The notes: generated by a model from the sequence alone, not told the origin. Positions 10,530-21,584 are shown, counted from the stretch's first letter. The stretch: 64,000 nt of DNA from Methanomassiliicoccaceae archaeon (GCA_963768775.1 CAVYIY010000005.1:159028-223027), one strand, 5' to 3'. Numbers and translations are program-made.

Positions 10530-10727
10530 GGGGGTCTGACGGGGTGCCAGAATCGACTATTTCCACCAAGACCGAACGCAACCCCGACAGCGAAGGCGAG
10601 AGTGCAATGTATGCTGGCGAAATAGCTATGCCCTCGAGCTCCACCCTCCAAACCCTTACCCTCTTATTTTCTTTGTGGAGTCGGGTGAGGACCGGGCCAT
10701 GGCCGACTAGGTCGAAAAAAGTGATTC

Positions 10728-11340
10728 ATGCAAACAGAGGTATCGAATAGCGTGAGGTCGGATATCCTGAACGTTGGGTATCGGTCGGTAAACTGCTATC
10801 TTCTAATGACAGATAAGCCAAGAATGCTGATCGATGTGGGCTGGCCGGGCGGGATGCCAGAGCTCAAGAGGAGCATGGCCTTGCATGGCAGGCCGGTCAA
10901 GGAGGTTTCCCATGTCCTTATGACCCATTACCACATCGACCATGCTGGCATCGCCCAGGAGCTGAAGGACAAGGGTGCGAAGCTCATCGTCATGGAGAAC
11001 CAGAAGAGTCACCTAGACGACCTCAAGAAGTACCTGCATCCGCCCGAGGTCTTCCATGAGATAAGGAAGGATGGCAACATCCACCTTAGATTCGAAGAAA
11101 GCCGAGCCTTCCTGGAGGGGATGGGAATCCTCGGCGAGATAATTCCAACCCTGGGTCATAGTCCTGACCATGTCACTCTGGTGCTCGATGAGGGCATCGC
11201 CTTCACCGGAGATCTTCCGCCTGAGAACGCCGCGGAGGAAGGCAACGGATGCCTACAGGGACTGGAATAGGCTGCGGCCGATGAAGGTCAAACGGATCTT
11301 CCCGGTGCACGGGAATTACGATTCTATCTTGGGAAACTGA
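10728..11340 (+). pseudogene. MBL-fold metallo-hydrolase with one frameshift near 11243-11250
   Basis: The motif THYHIDHAG (HxHxDH) and LGHSPDH are present. The C-terminal DAYRDWNRLRPMKVKRIFPVHGNYDSILGN continues in another frame to the stop at 11338-11340. Confidence 0.7.
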
Positions 11341-11378
11341 GGGCTGGATGGCGAGAACCACATATTCCTCAAATATGC

Positions 11379-12026
11379 TCAGAGGTCAGGCACCGGATCC
11401 AGCAAGATGCCGCGCACTCGATCGTCCACTTCCAAAAGCGCGGAGAGGCCGTTCTTGGCCGCCCCCGGATTCATGAACAGGATGCCATTCTTCTCAATGA
11501 TGCCCCGGTTCTCGTGGATATGTCCGGAGATGACTGCAGATGGCCTGAACTCATTGACTAGCCTCAGGATCGCCGTGCTTCCAGCATGCCTTCGAGTGGC
11601 TGTAAAATCGTTATAGGAATAGGGCGGGCAATGGGTGATTAGTACCATATCCGGCTCCATTATCGGGCGAAGTCCATTGAGTATCTCGTCCTCTGGCATC
11701 TCGAATGGAGTATTGAAGATGGATATGTTCGCTCCGCCCCAGCCTCCGAAGGTCCGTCCACCGATCTTAGTCTTCTTACCGTGAAGGCAGGTGGCATGCT
11801 TCTCGATCTCTTCGATCGTCCCATAAGGGTCGCAGTTGCCCGGAACCGCGTAGGACGGTCGCTCCAATTTGCTGAGGAATTCATCGGCCCATGAGGTCGG
11901 ACCGAAGTGGGTGATGTCTCCTAGCACAAGGAAACCGTCCACCTCGTGCTCCCTGGCCAGATCGTTCGCCCAGTCGATCACCCTCTCCCGGCAATGGATA
12001 TCGGAGAGAACCAGGAACTTCGTCAT
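11379..12026 (-). CDS. Metallophosphoesterase (calcineurin-like)
   Basis: Intact 215-aa ORF with motifs LSDIHCR, LGDITHFG, PGNCDP and SGHIHE. Confidence 0.75.
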   Translation of the reverse strand: MTKFLVLSDIHCRERVIDWANDLAREHEVDGFLVLGDITHFGPTSWADEFLSKLERPSYAVPGNCDPYGTIEEIEKHATCLHGKKTKIGGRTFGGWGGANISIFNTPFEMPEDEILNGLRPIMEPDMVLITHCPPYSYNDFTATRRHAGSTAILRLVNEFRPSAVISGHIHENRGIIEKNGILFMNPGAAKNGLSALLEVDDRVRGILLDPVPDL

Positions 12027-12072
12027 CTACTGGACATGAAGGCACACTCTTTCATTAGAGCCTGCCGGTCCT

Positions 12073-12991
12073 CTAGAACGTGATCCCGAAGCTGAGGTTC
12101 TGGAAGACGAGCAGGTAGGTCAGAAGGTAGCCGATTATCGCCCCGCCGTTCAGCAACGGCAGCCCGGCCTGCGGGTTGCCTTTCAAGACGTAGCGCATCA
12201 AGCGCGAAGAAGCCGATTGTCGATCCGGCCACGGTCCCAATGGCCACCAGGAGGTTCGCCCCCTGGACGAATGCCGAGGCGCCGGGAAGGAAGACCGCCG
12301 CCGACACCGCCAGTATCGAAGGGATGACCGCATCCCCCACGCCCATGAACATGGCCTCCCTTTCCTCCGGAGGCTCCGAGGCTATGTGCTTGTTCTCCAG
12401 CTGCGACATGGAGAAGTCCTTCTTCTTGGGAATGACGAAGACAACCGGCAATTTGAGGGGGACTACCCCTTCCGCCAAAGCGATCATGTGCTTCGTCTTG
12501 TAGACCGATATGGCGTCATAGATCGCCAGGATGACCAGCAGGATGAGGACCGGCAGGATGCTCAGCGAGAGGCCGAGCAGGATCGCCGCCCCGATACCGA
12601 TGATGAAGCCGATAGTATTCACCACGTACCATTCCGGCTTGAAGAGGAGCAGCCCGATCAGGACCAGGGCTATGGCGATGGAGCCATAGACCGCGAAGTC
12701 CAGGTTGGGGATTATCTGGTAGAGGATCGGAAGCATGACGACGAACGTCGTCGTTCCCACGGCAACCACGAATATCCCCTTGATTATCTTGCCCAGCCCG
12801 TTTTTGATCAATACCAGCATCAGTCCAGTCATCGCGAGGAGCATCACGACGTAGATGATCGGGTTCGTTGGGTCGTTCGCGTTCGGGAATGCCTGATAAT
12901 CGGATGGGTATAATGGCACCAAAGCCAGGGCGACCAACTGCATCCCCACGAATATGATGAACATCAGCACTATCGGAAGCTTCTCTTTCAT
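12073..12991 (-). pseudogene. Presenilin / signal-peptide-peptidase homologue (GxGD intramembrane aspartyl protease) with one frameshift near 12194-12206
   Basis: The protein is multi-TM. It has the YD motif (LAIYDAISVY) and the GxGD motif (FMGVGDAVIP). The C-terminal PAL-like segment MRYVLKGNPQAGLPLLNGGAIIGYLLTYLLVF lies in the frame of ORF 12073..12333. Confidence 0.7.
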
Positions 12992-13186
12992 CCAGGATTC
13001 TGATGGAGCGATCGCTAGATAAGCATATCCAATCCAGCTAGCATGTTACATTATTCGGAATCGCTGGAAAGGTAGTTTCATCAGGCAGATTCGACATATG
13101 AAGCATTCCTTAGATACTAGCCCTGGGTGGGTCTGCATCCAGCTTCCTCTTGAAGCTCTCTGCCTGTTGCATCAGGTCCATCAAGC

Positions 13187-13372
13187 CTATCCTCGCTCTG
13201 CGAGTAGGGTAGGGTCTTTCAGATACAGGTATAAGATCGTCGAATAACAGAGAAGGATGAACCAGAGGCTAAATATCCAGCCTTCTGGCCAAAGGAGATC
13301 CCCGGAAAGAATGAGAATTAACGCAGGGAATGGAAGAATAAACAATAACGCGAAGATGACCTTCTTATCCAT
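13187..13372 (-). CDS. Small membrane protein, possibly a truncated remnant
   Basis: 61-aa ORF with two hydrophobic helices in a low-GC patch. No function is recognised. Confidence 0.25.
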   Translation of the reverse strand: MDKKVIFALLFILPFPALILILSGDLLWPEGWIFSLWFILLCYSTILYLYLKDPTLLAERG

Positions 13373-13672
13373 ACGTTCATATTGAGATCAGGAATATTAA
13401 TTTGCCTGTTTTCGCAATGACACTCATCTAGTTCTCCCAGATCCAATGCAACAAGTTGCTTTCGTCCATTCGCTATGCTGCCTGACGTGATCGTATCCAT
13501 ATTCAATTCGTTCAGGTCCTTCAATTTTCCATATTCTAGTTGATATCCGTCATTCTTACCGATCGATCATCTTCAAACCGAATATCAATATCCGCTTGAT
13601 GCTGGTCCTGCTTGAGACATGTTGGAGGCTGATCAATCCTTGAGCAAGGGGACGACCAGCCTCCGCACTTCC

Positions 13673-14929
13673 TTAACCCAGTTCGGTCTTTTGGCCATCG
13701 ACCCCTCCAATAGAGTCCTCAAGATAAGCTGTCTCGCCGTGGAGGCCGAAGTCCAGACCTTCCTTCTCGACGCTCTCGCTCACCCTCACCTTCGTGACCT
13801 TGTCTATCACGAAGAGCATCACATAGGTGACCACGAACGCCCAGATTGCGGCAATAACCACCGCAGCCACCTGCACTCCGAAGAATGTAGAGTTACCTTC
13901 GATCAGACCCTGCGTCCCGGCAGCGTTGACAGCGGTGGTCGCGAAAACACCCAACATGACGGCTCCCAGGATCCCGCCTACGCCATGCACGCCCCAGACA
14001 TCCAGGGCATCATCCCAGTTCCTCTTGTTCTTGTACCAAATCGCAACGTAGCATATCAGGCCTGCCAGGAATCCAATGACCATCGCCGCCCAGGGAGCGA
14101 CGTAACCGGCGCAAGGAGTGATAGTCGCTAATCCAGCAATAGAGCCAGTAAGGAGGCCGAGCATCTTCGGCTTCTTTTCGAAGGTCCAAGCCAAAGCCAG
14201 CCAGGTGGCGGCGGCCACCGATGCGGCGAGATCGGTGTTGAGGAAAGCTACGACCGTCACGGAATTAACGCTCAGCTCGCTGCCGGCGTTGAAGCCGTAC
14301 CAGCCGAACCAGAGGAGGCCGGTTCCGAGAGCGACAAGGGGGATGCTATGCGGGCCTTTCTCCTTGATCTTGCGACTGCCCACGTAGAATACAGATGCCA
14401 AAGCGGCCATTCCTGCGATCTCATGGACGACTATGCCGCCGGCGAAATCCTTGACCCCCCAAGTGGCGAGCAGGCCGCCGCCCCAGACCATATGCACGAA
14501 CGGGAAGTAGACGAACAGCGCCCAACCGATGAGGAATAGCAAATAGGCCTTGAAGTTGACCCGACCCGCGAAAGCTCCGGTGATTAGGGCAGGAGTGATT
14601 ATCGCAAACATCATCTGATAAACGATGAAAACATAGAGCGGGATGCTGGGATTTCCGGCAAAGGGCGTGCTGGGGCCGATGCCGTTGAGGAAAGCCTGGT
14701 CAAGATTGCCGATGACGCCACCGGCGCCACCGCTAAAGCAGAGCGAGTATCCGACGGCAAACCATATCACATCCACGATCGCCATCGAAGCGAAGCTCTG
14801 TATCATGATGGTCAGAACATTCTTCCTGCCTACGAGGCCGCCATAGAAGAAAGCCAGCCCCGGCGTCATCAGCATCACCAGGCTGGTGGCCACGAGCATG
14901 AAACCGACATTACCTGTGTCAAAGGCCAT
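13673..14929 (-). CDS. amt: Ammonium transporter (Amt family)
   Basis: The ATG is at 14929. The N-terminus MAFDTGNVGFMLVATSLVMLMTPGLAFFYGG and the internal DFAGGIVVHEIAG...GWYGFNAGS are typical Amt signatures. Confidence 0.9.
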   Translation of the reverse strand: MAFDTGNVGFMLVATSLVMLMTPGLAFFYGGLVGRKNVLTIMIQSFASMAIVDVIWFAVGYSLCFSGGAGGVIGNLDQAFLNGIGPSTPFAGNPSIPLYVFIVYQMMFAIITPALITGAFAGRVNFKAYLLFLIGWALFVYFPFVHMVWGGGLLATWGVKDFAGGIVVHEIAGMAALASVFYVGSRKIKEKGPHSIPLVALGTGLLWFGWYGFNAGSELSVNSVTVVAFLNTDLAASVAAATWLALAWTFEKKPKMLGLLTGSIAGLATITPCAGYVAPWAAMVIGFLAGLICYVAIWYKNKRNWDDALDVWGVHGVGGILGAVMLGVFATTAVNAAGTQGLIEGNSTFFGVQVAAVVIAAIWAFVVTYVMLFVIDKVTKVRVSESVEKEGLDFGLHGETAYLEDSIGGVDGQKTELG

Positions 14930-15885
14930 ATCGAAACACCCCCATTTCCCCGAAACTTCTAATAAGCAATTGTGAGTGTGAGTCGGAAGACCGAATATAA
15001 TGGCTCGTTTCCTTTTTGTCAATTAATTAGCCAAGAAAGGAAATCTTCATCGCTCAATTGATGTCTGGATTAAGTGATTTAACTATTTGTGCTGCAGCTG
15101 GGACACCTCGCTCAAACGCTAACAAGCAATTGATAGTCAACAGGAGAGGTATCGGTAATTCTCGAAAAAATATTTCGACTTATCGATCGCTTTCATATAC
15201 TGGCATGAAGCGGTACAATTCTTCCCAATTCCACCTCATTGGTCGATAGGAATTGAACATTCATGTCGTATATTCCACATATTTAGAAGGATTAGCCGTT
15301 ATTTCGCCATGAATAACCTGGTCATTTATGAAGTGTTGGAATGTTGGGGATTGTAAGTGCGCAATATTTGCAAGCACCCATTAGTTCTTATATTTGAGAC
15401 GAACAGAATAATGATGGCGAGCCGGGAATCCTCCTTTGCTTATCGTGGTGTGAGAGTTGGAATCAGACAGCCATTATTATGCCCCGGTCCGCCATCCTTC
15501 ATTATTGAACGCACTATGGCCGTTTAAACTGGAACCGGTTAGAAGATGGAAGAAGGTAAGGATAGAAGAAAGAAGATAGGAAGAGGTTTGGAGACATGGC
15601 GAGCATAGCGTTAAACGATTCAGCCAGCAGGTGTTATCGTCGCATTTTTCGGTTGTCAAATCTGTTTGCACCAGGAAATCAAGGTGCGCAAACATATCAC
15701 ACGCCCATCCTAGCCAGTCTACCTTATCCAGCTCCATAACGCACATCCTACTATCCCCGGTCCGTCATCCCTTCCAATCCGTTTCTCGATAATCTCCATA
15801 AGTTACCGCCATTAAGTCGATACCAGAGATTAAGAGTAAAGTTGTCAATGGTGTGAAGCTTGGTTCATTTTATTGAGGGAATGAT

Positions 15886-16977
15886 ATGATCTCTGAACAA
15901 AAGGGTCCGATGAGCGATGATATTGCCGCTAAAAAGAAGTATAACGATGTAATAAGAATCCCATTCGAACTCAATGAAAGTAGCATCCTGGCGATATGCG
16001 GGATGCTCTGCCTTCTGATCTTCTTCTTGGACGTCAGCTTAAGGATCTCGTTCCTCGTCAGCATTCTGTATGTTATTCCAGTGCTGATTTGTATCTGGTC
16101 CCCGAAAAGACGGACCATATATATTGTAGCAGGAGTATCCTCGTTCCTTACAATAATTGCAATACCCTTCAAACCACCTGGAGACATTCTAATCCCTCTT
16201 TTCAATCGGCCACTCTCATTGCTCACCCTTTGGACCGCGGTGATTCTAATTGACCGATTCAACTCCATCCGAAAGAGGTTCGAAGAGAAGTTAAAGAAGT
16301 CCAATGATGACCTCCAGCAATTCGCTTACATCGCCTCGCACGACCTTCAGGAGCCTCTGCGCACGGTCGTCAATTACCTGGCCCTCCTCCAAAGAAAGAA
16401 TATGGATAAGCTGGATCCTAAATCCCAGGAATACATCAATTTCGCCATGGATGGCGGAGAAAGGATGCGCCAATTGATCGATGACCTATTGGAGTATTCA
16501 AGAGTCGATAGCCAGGGGAAAGAGTTCACTCCAGTGAATATGCAAGACGTAATTGATGAAACTCTTGCAATACTTAAATCGCGCATAGAAGAAAGCAATG
16601 TGCAAGTGATCACCGGTCCACTCCCTGTAATCTCTGGAGATGAAACTCAAATGATAAGGGTGATGCAGAATCTGATAGGGAACGCAATCAAATTCCACGG
16701 CCCAGAGCCTCCGAAGATATGCGTTTCAGCGTCGGAAGGCAGGAATGAATGGACCTTCGCGGTCAAGGACAACGGAATCGGTCTGGACATGCAGTATTCA
16801 GACAAGATATTCCAGATGTTCCAACGTTTGCATAATAAGGAAGAATATCCAGGGACAGGTATCGGCCTTGCTGTCACGAAGAAGATCGTTGAACGTCATC
16901 GAGGAAGGATCTGGGTCGAATCGGAAGAAGGCAAGGGAGCGACATTCTTCTTCACTATTCCGATCGGCAATAATTGA
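15886..16977 (+). CDS. Membrane sensor histidine kinase
   Basis: The N-terminal part is hydrophobic. The HisKA H-box is FAYIASHDLQEPLRTV. The HATPase_c region contains NLIGNAIKF and GTGIGLAVTKKIVERHRGRIWVESEEGKGATFFFTIP. Confidence 0.85.
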   Translation: MISEQKGPMSDDIAAKKKYNDVIRIPFELNESSILAICGMLCLLIFFLDVSLRISFLVSILYVIPVLICIWSPKRRTIYIVAGVSSFLTIIAIPFKPPGDILIPLFNRPLSLLTLWTAVILIDRFNSIRKRFEEKLKKSNDDLQQFAYIASHDLQEPLRTVVNYLALLQRKNMDKLDPKSQEYINFAMDGGERMRQLIDDLLEYSRVDSQGKEFTPVNMQDVIDETLAILKSRIEESNVQVITGPLPVISGDETQMIRVMQNLIGNAIKFHGPEPPKICVSASEGRNEWTFAVKDNGIGLDMQYSDKIFQMFQRLHNKEEYPGTGIGLAVTKKIVERHRGRIWVESEEGKGATFFFTIPIGNN

Positions 16978-17415
16978 TAAAGGGAAAGGTGCCAGTTCGG
17001 CTCATCTCTTAGAGACCAAACCTGCCGTCTCGCAACGATATAACGATGATTTCCTCTGATTTCTAAATGTAAATATGAAAAAACAGATTCCGGACACTTC
17101 GGACGAATCGGACCGATTCCCTAGACAGAGATCTAGAATCAAAAAGAATTGAAAGAATTACAACCCTCGTTAATTAGATTGGGCAGGGTAATGATTCTTA
17201 TGAAATGAATGAAACGTGCTCTCGGGCTCAAGAAGAAGAGCTAAAGGGAAACACTATCTGATATTGACCTTCGGGTCTTGTTGCATTTAAAGAAAGTTGA
17301 GTAAGGGGTTTGGGGGGACAATTGGGCATTTCCTGCAATTCATCCAGTATTCTTTCATATCTCAAATTTGAGTGGTGAAGGTAGTTTCATATTTCAGCTC
17401 GGGTTTGCCGTCTTA

Positions 17416-17907
17416 ATGAGGAAAGCGAGCTTCAGCGAGTTCTTCCCTGACCGCTATGGATCAAAGCTCGAGGCGGCGAAGGACATTCCTTGCATCTTCG
17501 AGGTGGTCATGAAAGCTGTCCAGGAGACGATGGGCCTCAGACGCTCGGGTCTGGAGCTTGGCCTTATCGAACTGGAGAGCAGTCATGGATATTTCATCGG
17601 TTGCCTCCACCCCTTTGGCACGAACCTGATAGTAGTGAACAAGTTGCCTCTTAGGCGAGTGAAGGATTCATCGCCCCAGATCTGCAAATCATATTTATTC
17701 CTTGTTCTTCTGCACGAGTACATGCATACGTTTGGCATCTGGGATGAGAAGGAAATACGCGAGGGGGCCCTGGCGATGATTAGACAGCTTTTCGGGGATG
17801 ATCATCCGGCCACGAAACTGGCAGAGGGCATCGAGCAGTTGCTCCCGTTCGTCATCTATCCGACGCAGATGTCGTTGCCCAAGGGAACGAAGATGGAGTC
17901 GGTCTAG
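17416..17907 (+). CDS. Hypothetical protein with an HExxH motif, possibly a zinc metallopeptidase
   Basis: The ATG is at 17416. The LLHEYMHTFG (HExxH) motif is the only functional clue. Confidence 0.4.
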   Translation: MRKASFSEFFPDRYGSKLEAAKDIPCIFEVVMKAVQETMGLRRSGLELGLIELESSHGYFIGCLHPFGTNLIVVNKLPLRRVKDSSPQICKSYLFLVLLHEYMHTFGIWDEKEIREGALAMIRQLFGDDHPATKLAEGIEQLLPFVIYPTQMSLPKGTKMESV

Positions 17908-17953
17908 GGATTCTGCTCGAGATCTCGTGATGCCAGCTTGAGCGATTGTTGGA

Positions 17954-19165
17954 TCAGGTCGCTGGCATGACCAAGTCCTTCGACAATGGCGTATACCGAT
18001 TCGCGATAAGGTAGAGGGGGACCGAGGCTGCAGCCAGGATTGCTCCAATATACATCGCTGCCTGAAGCGATGAGCTATCGATCACCGGCCCAAGGACCAG
18101 TGTCATTCCGCCCGCGGCGAGGTTGAGCAGCGAGCTCAGCAGAGCCAAAGAGGACGCCCTGATTCGGGAAGGTATCAAGGAGTTCCTCCAGAGCATCACC
18201 GTCGGCATTGCCAGTCCGCTGGTGAAGCCGCTGATGGCGAACAGTATTCCGGACAGCAGGTAGCTTTGGACTAGGGGCTGCAGGATGTAGGAGGCGAAGA
18301 GCAGGATCCCGGCAAAAGCCAGCATCCGGTGCCTTCCCAGCCGGTCGGCCATCTTGATCGAGAGCAGGTTCCCTGCCACCATGGAGACCATCAGCACGGA
18401 GAAATAGATGCCCAGGAACTCCTTGCCCATGCCAGCTAGCACCAGATACGGCTGGTAGACGATGAAGTAGACGATGACGGCGCTGTTGCGGAGCATCTCA
18501 GCGTAGGTAAGGTCCCTCAGGGCGGCGCTGTGGCGGAAGTGCGACAGGCTCTCCTTCAGCAGTCCGGCGAAGCGGGAGCTTCTCTCGCCGAAGTTCTCCT
18601 TGAAGAAGAAGAGGGCGAAGAGCGTGGCAACGGCGGTGAGCGCCGCCCCCACCAGCATGGGGAGGTTCAGGGCGATGGCCGCGAAGACGGAACCGACCAC
18701 GCCTCCGACAATCCCGAGCAAGTTGCTGACGCTGCTGTTAACCGGGAACGTCCGCTTCGCCTCGCTCGCCTTGCCCTCCGCTCGCAGCGAATCGATGAGC
18801 CAGGCCTCGACCGAGCCGCTGATCAGGGCGGCAGAGCCGGCCAGGATTATCTCGGCCAGGAGGAAGCGAAGGATGGAGGATGACAATCCATACACCGTGA
18901 AGCCGAAAACATTAATGGCTCCGCCGATCAGCAAAGCCTGCTTCCGGCCATGCCTGTCCGCGAAGTCGCCGGCGAAGAGGTTGAGGATCGCTAGCGCCAC
19001 GAAGTTGCCCACGAAGATCAGGCTGATGTCGGTGTAGTCCAGCCCGTTTGCCGTCAGATAGATGATGTAGTAGCTCTGGAAGACGAAGAAGCCCGAGTTG
19101 AGGATCGCCATGTAGGCGATGTACTCCTTGGAGGTCCTCGAAAGGGGCATTACACGTCCTGGCAA
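17954..19165 (-). CDS. MFS transporter
   Basis: 403-aa ORF with about 12 hydrophobic segments. FAGDFADRHGRKQ is an MFS loop 2-3 motif. Confidence 0.75.
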   Translation of the reverse strand: MPGRVMPLSRTSKEYIAYMAILNSGFFVFQSYYIIYLTANGLDYTDISLIFVGNFVALAILNLFAGDFADRHGRKQALLIGGAINVFGFTVYGLSSSILRFLLAEIILAGSAALISGSVEAWLIDSLRAEGKASEAKRTFPVNSSVSNLLGIVGGVVGSVFAAIALNLPMLVGAALTAVATLFALFFFKENFGERSSRFAGLLKESLSHFRHSAALRDLTYAEMLRNSAVIVYFIVYQPYLVLAGMGKEFLGIYFSVLMVSMVAGNLLSIKMADRLGRHRMLAFAGILLFASYILQPLVQSYLLSGILFAISGFTSGLAMPTVMLWRNSLIPSRIRASSLALLSSLLNLAAGGMTLVLGPVIDSSSLQAAMYIGAILAAASVPLYLIANRYTPLSKDLVMPAT

Positions 19166-19218
19166 TCCTTGTTGTGATCAAGCTCTTGCGCGGCGAATGC
19201 CTATTCCCGTCCTTGAGT

Positions 19219-19851
19219 TCAGCGCGTCGCCGGCTCGGTAGTCAGCTGCCCGAAGGCGACGTTCCCCGAACGCTTGGCGATCTTCACTCGGACTTTGGCC
19301 CCCTTGACCGTTCCAGGGACGTAGATGATGTAGTTCTCCTTCCGCGCCACGCCATCGCCCTTCTTGCCCACGTCCTCGATCATGAGATCGTAGACGTGAC
19401 CTTCCATGATCGCGTCCTCCTCCGGGGCCTTCGGCTGCTTGCGCACGTTGACCGGTCGGTGGGCGCCGCAGGCCTCGCACTCGAGGATGAGCACGCGGCC
19501 CTCCTTGTTGATGCGCGTATCCGGTCGTCCGCACTCCGAGCAGAGGACGAAGGTCTCGGTGTAAGACATGATGCGGTCGGTGATCTGGCTCGGCGCGAGC
19601 TTCGCCTTGAGGATGAGCCTTCGGCCCTCGACGTGGCCGGGCGTCCCCAGCTCCCGCAGCAGGTACTGCACCAGGTGCTCCGGCTCGCGCCTCAGCGCGT
19701 CGATGATGTCGCCGAAGTTGCGCACCACCGTCGTCTTGCCCTCCTGGAAGACGTCCGGCTCGGGCACGGTGAAGCGCTCGTGCTTCTCTATCGTCTCGGG
19801 AAGTTGGGTCTTAGCCCGGTCAAGTAGTGAAAGGTAATCTTCGTCAGGCAT
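19219..19851 (-). CDS. eif2b: Translation initiation factor aIF-2 beta with a C-terminal TRAM domain
   Basis: The ATG is at 19851 (MPDEDYLSLLDRAKTQLPE). The zinc ribbon is CSECGRPDTRINKEGRVLILECEACGA. The C-terminal TRAM-like sequence is GHVYDLMIEDVGKKGDGVARKENYIIYVPGTVKGAKVRVKIAKRSGNVAFGQL. Confidence 0.8.
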   Translation of the reverse strand: MPDEDYLSLLDRAKTQLPETIEKHERFTVPEPDVFQEGKTTVVRNFGDIIDALRREPEHLVQYLLRELGTPGHVEGRRLILKAKLAPSQITDRIMSYTETFVLCSECGRPDTRINKEGRVLILECEACGAHRPVNVRKQPKAPEEDAIMEGHVYDLMIEDVGKKGDGVARKENYIIYVPGTVKGAKVRVKIAKRSGNVAFGQLTTEPATR

Positions 19852-19913
19852 GGTTATCCAATCTCCAAGCTGAAACCTGCTTATAAATGTTAGGTCGGAC
19901 GGCCCGAGCCAGA

Positions 19914-21524
19914 CTAGGCCTGGTACTTGCGCCTGATGGCGGCTCGGACCAGCCCGTAGTGCAGCGGGCTCGGCTTCTGCGGTCTCGACTTGAACTCGGG
20001 GTGGAACTGCGCGGCCATGAAGAAGGGATGCCCTTCCAGCTCCCCGATCTCCATCTTGATCCCGTCCGGGGAGCGTGCCGAGAACTTCCAACCGACCGAT
20101 TCCAGCTTCTCGATGAACTTCGGGTTCACCTCGTAACGGTGGCGATGCCGTTCCATGATCAGGGTCTTGCCGCCGTACAGCTCATGCGCCATCGTGCCCT
20201 CGGTGACCACCGACGGCTGGACTCCAAGGCGCATGGTCCCGCCCTTCCTCTTCACATCGCGCTGCTCCGGCAGGATGTCGATCACCGGGTATTGAGTCTC
20301 CGGGTTGATCTCCGTGCTGTTGGCGCCCTCCATGCCCAGCAAGGCGCGGGCGATGTCGATGGTGGCGATCTGGAAGCCGAGGCAGCAGCCGAGATACGGA
20401 ATGCGGTTCTCCCGGGCGAACCGGGAGGTCATGATCTTGCCCTCTATCCCCCGAGAACCGAAGCCTCCGGGTATGAGGATGCCGTCGATCTTGGCCAGGT
20501 CGGGGGTTATGCCCTTCTCCTGCACCACCTCGCTGTCCACGAACACCATCTCCACCTTGGTCTCGAGCTCCGCCCCAGCGTGGTGGAAAGCCTCCAAATG
20601 GCTTATGTAGGCGTCGGCCAGGTGGGTGTACTTGCCCACGCAGGCGATGCGCACCGTCCTGGTGGGATTGGAGACCCGGTCGAGGAACCTCTTCCATTCT
20701 GTGAGGTCCTGCATCTTCGACTCCAGCCTGAATCGCTTCAGGATGTAGTCGGTCAGGCCCTGCTCCTCCAAGATGATCGGGACTTCATAGATGGACCTGG
20801 CATCCGGGGCGGAAACCACCGCCTCCAGCGGCACGTCGCAGAACAGCGATATCTTGCGCTTGATGCTGTATTCCAATGGCTCCGTAGCTCGGGCCACGAT
20901 AGCATCTGGCTGAATGCCCAATGAGCGCAGCTCCTTCACCGAGTGCTGCGTCGGCTTGGTCTTCTGCTCTCCCACGGTCCCCAATATGGGGACCAAAGTG
21001 GTGTGGACGAACATGCAGTTCTCGCCCTTCCCCAGCTCGGTGTTCATCTGCCTCACCGCTTCCAGGAAGGGCATCGACTCGATGTCACCCACCGTTCCCC
21101 CGAGCTCGACGATGCAAACGTCAGCCCCGGTCGCTTCGGCGACGGTGCGGATCTGGCATTTTATCTCATTGGTAATGTGGGGAATGATCTGTACGGTCTT
21201 GCCCAGATACTCGCCCATCCTCTCCTTCTCGATGACCGTCCGGTATATCTTGCCGGTGGTGATGTTGTGATCGCTGGTGAGATTGATGTCTAGGAATCGT
21301 TCGTAATTGCCCAGGTCGAGGTCCACCTCGCCCCCGTCATCCAGGACGAATACCTCTCCATGCTCGAATGGGTTCATGGTGCCCGCGTCGATGTTCAGGT
21401 ACGGATCCACCTTAATCGCAGTTACCTTCAAACCTCGCGATATGAGTAGCCGCCCTATCGAGGAGGAGGTTATTCCTTTGCCCAAGCCAGATATTACGCC
21501 ACCCGTGACAAAAATATATTTCAT
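19914..21524 (-). CDS. pyrG: CTP synthase
   Basis: The ATG is at 21524 ([24 protein letters not shown]). The glutaminase domain contains [12 protein letters not shown] and LGCCLGFQ. Confidence 0.95.
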   Translation of the reverse strand: MKYIFVTGGVISGLGKGITSSSIGRLLISRGLKVTAIKVDPYLNIDAGTMNPFEHGEVFVLDDGGEVDLDLGNYERFLDINLTSDHNITTGKIYRTVIEKERMGEYLGKTVQIIPHITNEIKCQIRTVAEATGADVCIVELGGTVGDIESMPFLEAVRQMNTELGKGENCMFVHTTLVPILGTVGEQKTKPTQHSVKELRSLGIQPDAIVARATEPLEYSIKRKISLFCDVPLEAVVSAPDARSIYEVPIILEEQGLTDYILKRFRLESKMQDLTEWKRFLDRVSNPTRTVRIACVGKYTHLADAYISHLEAFHHAGAELETKVEMVFVDSEVVQEKGITPDLAKIDGILIPGGFGSRGIEGKIMTSRFARENRIPYLGCCLGFQIATIDIARALLGMEGANSTEINPETQYPVIDILPEQRDVKRKGGTMRLGVQPSVVTEGTMAHELYGGKTLIMERHRHRYEVNPKFIEKLESVGWKFSARSPDGIKMEIGELEGHPFFMAAQFHPEFKSRPQKPSPLHYGLVRAAIRRKYQA

Positions 21525-21571
21525 CGTTTCCACGGGATTGCCAAATCCGTTTGTGCATATTTCAGTCTTTG

Positions 21572-21580
21572 CACGATGGC
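21572..21580. repeat. Left copy of the 9-bp target-site duplication CACGATGGC
   Basis: Identical 9-mer at 28695-28703. Each copy directly abuts a terminal inverted repeat. Confidence 0.7.
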
Positions 21581-21584
21581 GGCT

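Noticed and set aside
14976-15003. GGAAGACCGAATATAATGGCTCGTTTCC upstream of amt, considered as an NrpR-type nitrogen operator (GGAA-N6-TTCC) overlapping a TATA box.
   Set aside because: The spacing between GGAA and TTCC is 20 nt, not 6, and only 4-5 nt of each arm are complementary. This is too weak to call.
19887-20924. A 345-aa ORF antisense to pyrG. Similar antisense ORFs occur in amt, tgtA, ilvD, EF-2, the MFS genes and the nitroreductase (43489..44043).
   Set aside because: They overlap confidently identified genes on the opposite strand and have low-complexity composition with no motifs.
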